Assembly: GCA_977018835.1 (NCBI GenBank)
Contig: OZ361257.1
Coordinates: forward strand, 744,001 to 808,000
Length of the DNA: 64,000 nt
Direction: 5' to 3'
Origin: Minutocellus sp. GHC0000111
Lineage: Eukaryota
The translations under genes and the position numbers were made by a program. Within the stretch, counting starts at the first letter, position 1, and every line of letters starts with the position of its first letter. The notes under the pieces are model-generated. The model was not told where the DNA came from. It saw nothing but the letters and a program-made list of their open reading frames with translations, and did no database searches. Shown piece after piece: positions 59,401 through 64,000 of the stretch.

Positions 59401-60201
59401 CTGCCTCTCATGATCTTCGCCAACTGGCGTGGATTCTCGGGCGGTAGCCGTGACATGGCTGGCGAGGTTCTCAAATTTGGAAGCCACATCGTCGATGCTC
59501 TTCGCGAATACTCCAATCCAGTCTACATCTACATTCCTCCCCACGGCGAGCTTCGCGGAGGCTCTTGGGTTGTTCTTGATCCTACCATCAATCTCGAGCA
59601 GATGGAAATGTATGCCGATCCCGACTCTCGTGGTGGCATTCTCGAGCCCGCCGGTATCGCCGAGATCAAGTTCAGGGCAAAGGACCAATTGAAGGTGATG
59701 CACAAGAACGATCGCCAGCTCCAGCTCCTCGATGGCGAGCTTGAGAACACCGACGAGGCCGACACCGAAACTCGTGAAGCGATCTCCAAGCAAATTGCCA
59801 CTCGGGAAGAGCTTCTCAAGCCCGTCTTCCTCCAGGCCGCGACCAAATTTTGTGACCTCCACGACCGCGCCGGCAGGATGAAGGCCAAGGGAGTCATCAA
59901 GGAGGCCGTTCCATGGGCCCGTTCACGAGAATACTTCTACTACCGCGCCAAGCGCCGCATAATCGAGGATGGTTATGTCAAGCAGCTTCGTCAGGCAGAC
60001 GCCTCCATCGACAGGTCATCCGCCCTGTCCATTTTGAAGGATGTGCTTGGAGATGTAGAATTTGATGACAACAAGGCTGCGGCCGAGGCCTACGAGTCTA
60101 ATAAGGCAAGCGTCGTCAAGGAAATTCGTAGCGTTAAGAAGGCCGCCATAGAGACGAAGATAAGTCTTTTGCAGTCGGAGCTAGAAGAGACTCTTGAATA
60201 A
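53418..60201 (+). CDS. ACC: Plastid-type homomeric acetyl-CoA carboxylase, copy B; exons 53418-54002, 54217-55264, 55381-55685, 55789-60201; in-frame TAA at 57196-57198 as written
   Basis: Leader MPPQLRRRFALAAAFIAATSGA...AAAFV; full BC-BCCP(EAMKM)-CT order collinear with copy A; GT-AG introns 54003-54216, 55265-55380, 55686-55788. Confidence 0.95.
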
Positions 60202-60365
60202 GCTCCAAGAGTGCCAGCAGTAGGAAGAATACTTTTATGTTGGGTAGAAATGGAAGGTGAGAGGAGTTGTAGTAAATGAAAACAAGTAAATAAGAAATAC
60301 ATGTAAGAGTAACATATGAAATCATGCCTATGAACTTACGTGCCCAGATCTGACTGAAAAAAACT

Positions 60366-61502
60366 TTACTTTCCCTCGAGCAAGATGAAGTGCTCCTTTG
60401 TAGTACCAAAGGTGAGCATCACCCGATCAAGCATGAAGGTGGCTCTGTTGTCGCCGCCAACCTCTAATCCACCGCGCTGCAATGTCCCTGCCAGTAAATC
60501 CCGGACATCCCCCGAAACCGATGCAATACTGGTGTGGATCTTGGCCTCCTCGTAGTATTCGCTTTGGCCAAATCGTTTCATCACTATATCAATGGATCGG
60601 ATCATACGAATTATCGGTGCATTCTGAGACAATATCTGAGCTGCCGGTATTGTTAGGAAGGACCGAGTCTTTTCATCATTTACCAATATTTCTGGATTGG
60701 ATAAGTCAAAAGTAACGGGCGTCGGTGAATGTGGGGCCAGCACCTTGCGCACATGCTCCACGAAACTGGATATCGATTGCTGCTGCAAATAAAAGGGCCG
60801 AGATAGGGAAATGTGCAGTGGGGCGAAAGCACTGTTCTCATTGTCTGTTCCTCTACCTCGACGATCCTCTTGAGAAAGTTTCCCATTGTTGCACCGATTG
60901 CCAACTTCAACTGAATCATCATCACTGCTGGCAGAGCTTTCGTCATCATCCTCATCATCACTCGACGAATCGTCCTGCCCCATTGGAAGTGGAGGTAGAT
61001 GGCTGACCACGCGCATATCGTCAACCTCATCGTTGCACCCGCCTCCTCTTTCATTCTTTTGTTCGAGACGACGATCCTTCATTGCAGTCGCAAAGTTCTC
61101 GATCAACTCCTCAGCAGCTACGTGGAGCCTCCTCGAGGCAACTCGGTTGGTGGCATCATATTTTGAGCTGCCACTGGTGCCGGCAGATGATGGCGCAAGA
61201 GGGAAGAAGATGTGCCCCGCCCAATTTCCAGGCGTGTGAGGAATCGCTCTTACAAAGCAATGTCGTTGCATTTGCTGTTGACCTTGCTGTTGCCGTGCCG
61301 TAGCAGATGAAGGACGGGGTCTCTTCTTCCCGCCACGTCGTCCATCACCACTTTCACTTCCAACGCTGACAGATGATGCACAGGAAGACCTCCTGGCTGC
61401 CGACACATCCTGTGATGCTTTTCCAACGCCGTCCCTCTCCTCATTGTCATCACCACCAGTTCCATCACTGTCACTGCCATAATGTTCCCGAAGCAAGTCC
61501 AT
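60366..61502 (-). CDS. USB1: U6 snRNA phosphodiesterase (2H family)
   Basis: RAIPHTPGNWAGHIF, LHISLSRPF, LVNDEKTRSFL, YYEEAKIHTSIAS (two HxS motifs). Confidence 0.88.
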   Translation of the reverse strand: MDLLREHYGSDSDGTGGDDNEERDGVGKASQDVSAARRSSCASSVSVGSESGDGRRGGKKRPRPSSATARQQQGQQQMQRHCFVRAIPHTPGNWAGHIFFPLAPSSAGTSGSSKYDATNRVASRRLHVAAEELIENFATAMKDRRLEQKNERGGGCNDEVDDMRVVSHLPPLPMGQDDSSSDDEDDDESSASSDDDSVEVGNRCNNGKLSQEDRRGRGTDNENSAFAPLHISLSRPFYLQQQSISSFVEHVRKVLAPHSPTPVTFDLSNPEILVNDEKTRSFLTIPAAQILSQNAPIIRMIRSIDIVMKRFGQSEYYEEAKIHTSIASVSGDVRDLLAGTLQRGGLEVGGDNRATFMLDRVMLTFGTTKEHFILLEGK

Positions 61503-61684
61503 GGTAGGCGCTACTCAAGGAGAGGTCGGCTGCGCCTCACATCTCCACACATCTCGGCTCGAGAAATGAGCAGCTCATCTCCGGACCGACGACGGCCAGA
61601 AACAACCATTGACGTACGTACGCTACGTCTGACATACATCGCATCGTCCATTTATTTTGAAGTCATCACAACTTCAACCCAACG

Positions 61685-62665
61685 ATGATGAAACCAGCCC
61701 TCGTCCTGCTTGGCCTATGCGCCCTGGCGGTGCCATCCCAAGCTTTTGCGCCGCCAGTTGCTCGCTCTGTGGCAGTATCGTCTCTTCGAGCCGTCGCCGA
61801 TGATAACACCGGCGATGACGCATCTACTACCACCACCACGTACCCACCACTGTCGAACGAGGAGATTGAACAATTCCTGGCCCGAATCCCCGTGTACGCC
61901 GTAACGGACAGCCAGAGCGGCGGAGTCGTTCTGATGAGCGAGCGCAGCGCCGACGGTTCCGACGCATCCGAAAAGGGCATCGCCTATCTGTTCGTCACCC
62001 GGGAAGCCGCCACGGCCACAATGAAGCAACTGCGCAGTACTGCAGCACCAGGCGCCAGTTGGGAGGTGACAGGACTCAGCCTCGGGGCCATATGGTACGA
62101 GCTGCTGTCGGGAGAGAGCACCGTCCAAACGCAGAACTTCGAAAGCGGGGAGACCATGGACACGACCAACGAAACGATTGAGTACAGACTGACCCCCGAC
62201 TACCGCGATCTGAATGGTGCGCGAGATTTGCTATCGCAGACGCCCGAGGCCAAGGCCGCGTTGGAGAAGAGTGGGGCCTTCTCCAGCCCGTATGGGGATG
62301 TGCCCGTGTTCATGGACTTTCAAATTCGAATGGAAGAGAAGCAGGCGGATGGCACGCGGGCGGAGAGATTTCCGCTGTACCTGGCCCTGCAGGATATGGT
62401 GGAAACGTGCCAACAATTTGTAAACGCTGGAGGTGCCGATGCGCAGGGTGGAACGTACGAGGCCAAGGTCAACGTGGCCAAGTTGGACAGCCTGGTGGAG
62501 CAGATGCAGGCTGAGGAAGGTAGCACCGTGGATTGGAGGAAGGCTCTGCTCATCCCACCGACGCCCCTGCCTGAGAAGCCAGTGGCCTCCGAGCAACCCC
62601 CGGCCGCCGAGGATGACAGCACAAAGGGATACAGCCCGAGCATGAACGACAATTGGGCCGACTAA
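61685..62665 (+). CDS. Tic22-like plastid protein
   Basis: Bipartite leader with SQAFAPP; IEQFLARIPVYAVTD...G and GDVPVF resemble Tic22 motifs. Confidence 0.7.
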   Translation: MMKPALVLLGLCALAVPSQAFAPPVARSVAVSSLRAVADDNTGDDASTTTTTYPPLSNEEIEQFLARIPVYAVTDSQSGGVVLMSERSADGSDASEKGIAYLFVTREAATATMKQLRSTAAPGASWEVTGLSLGAIWYELLSGESTVQTQNFESGETMDTTNETIEYRLTPDYRDLNGARDLLSQTPEAKAALEKSGAFSSPYGDVPVFMDFQIRMEEKQADGTRAERFPLYLALQDMVETCQQFVNAGGADAQGGTYEAKVNVAKLDSLVEQMQAEEGSTVDWRKALLIPPTPLPEKPVASEQPPAAEDDSTKGYSPSMNDNWAD

Positions 62666-62704
62666 TATTCATATAATAGATTTATTAAGCATAAGCAGTG
62701 TTAT

Positions 62705-63328
62705 CTACCACTTGGACACGCGGGTGTCCTCCGGCTTGCGATCCCTCATAAAGTACAGCTTGGCCCGCTTCACCTTCCGCTTGCCCTTGTAGACGAAGTT
62801 CTCCTCCAGCACCTTGACGCTCTTGATCAGCGGGCTGTGCAAACACACCTTGCGCTCGATGGGGGTGCCCATGACGACGTCGCGGAGGATGACGCTGGTG
62901 GCCAAACCGCGGTGGGTCTTGCCCAGCACCACGCCGCGCAGCTTCTCCACGTCGGTGCTGTCGACGCCGCCCTGGTTGACGGAGGTGATCTCGATGGCAT
63001 CGCCAACGCGGACGTTGGTCGACCAAATGTCTGGGTTGGCGTCCTTGGACTTGGCGACGACCTCGTCGTTCAGGTCGGAGAGGAGCTTGGAGGCGCGCTT
63101 CCGCGGGGATTTGAACTTGGGCTTGGGCTTTTCGTGGCGGTTGAAGTGAAAGTAGTGCATTTCGTCCGTGTGGCCGGTGGTGGTCTCATCGCTATCGGCG
63201 GTGTCGGGGACGGAGGAGAAGGGCGCCCGGGCGGCACATGATGATGTGGCGGTGTTCCGCGAGAGGCCCGATACGAGGGATACCGCGCGCTGAGGCCGGG
63301 CAATATGCGACGCCAGCGGTCTCAACAT
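62705..63328 (-). CDS. MRPL19: Mitochondrial ribosomal protein L19 (bL19m)
   Basis: VRVGDAIEI...GVVLGK...LRDVVMGTPIERKVCLHSPLIKSVKVL...KVKRAKLYFMRD; Arg/Ser-rich presequence. Confidence 0.9.
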   Translation of the reverse strand: MLRPLASHIARPQRAVSLVSGLSRNTATSSCAARAPFSSVPDTADSDETTTGHTDEMHYFHFNRHEKPKPKFKSPRKRASKLLSDLNDEVVAKSKDANPDIWSTNVRVGDAIEITSVNQGGVDSTDVEKLRGVVLGKTHRGLATSVILRDVVMGTPIERKVCLHSPLIKSVKVLEENFVYKGKRKVKRAKLYFMRDRKPEDTRVSKW

Positions 63329-64000
63329 GGTGCTTATTGGGCAATGGATGAAGGAGTAAGGCGGAGGAGTCAGGGGAGGCTGGTAGCAGAGGCGACGGCG
63401 GTGGTATGGTTAGTTTGGCATCGAGGCGAGCGGCGAGAGGGAACGCGACGACGGACAGGCTTCCTAACTGTTGGTCTGTACGTCGCCCGGCCGGCCTGCT
63501 GCTGCCCAGCTTCGTATCAAATTTACGCCGGTATGCTATGGTGACAAGAGACTACCGATATGCAGCAACAGCGCACCACTTCAAATTCGCCAACCACCGC
63601 AGCGATGCTTCTGCTTGCATTGTTGCTGTTCGCCGGCGAGAGAACGGGCCCAGGAGGGATTCAATTTGCATCGGCAGCAGTACATGATGTAGGAACGTCC
63701 AGTCCATTTCCTCCTGCGTTCGTCACACCAAGGACGACGACTCCACGATATGAGCAGCAGCGCAGTGGTAGCTGCCGCGATGGACATGCGTTCGATTCTG
63801 TAAGTCAGCGAAAGCAGAAGAAACGCATGAGTGGTTGGTTTGAGTCAAGGCTCCATCAATCGACAGTGGCCGTCGCTGAGCCTCGGTCTCGAAATTCGAC
63901 ACATGAGGCTGCTGCCTCTGCTGCATTGGATGCCACAGTATTTGCCTTTGGCAATGCGACGACTGCTTCTACCGCGGCGACGACGACAGCCCGAAGAGAA

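Noticed and set aside
63700..64000. Possible 5' end of a gene at the right edge
   Set aside because: Too short; frame and strand are ambiguous.

Overview
Eukaryotic nuclear DNA, most consistent with a diatom (stramenopile): gene-dense, short GT-AG introns, several bipartite plastid-targeting leaders with (S/A)AF motifs. The first ~8 kb is gene-poor and holds a decayed DD39D Tc1/mariner transposase; the rest has about 27 protein genes. Highlights: (1) a DsbA/FrnE-type oxidoreductase whose active site reads U-P-W-C through an in-frame TGA, i.e. a probable selenoprotein, with a candidate SECIS-like hairpin downstream; (2) an NRPS-like enzyme (acyl-adenylation domain, carrier domain, poly-lysine-synthetase-type membrane domain) next to a GNAT, a strictosidine-synthase-like gene and a second plastid-type acetyl-CoA carboxylase; (3) two plastid-type ACCase paralogues with no shared intron positions, both disrupted as written; (4) window-wide lesions (nonsense codons, frameshifts, a broken splice donor, deletions), meaning either a decaying haplotype or an error-rich assembly; (5) perfect 14-30 bp palindromes in intergenic DNA. 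All family calls come from motif recognition, not database searches.
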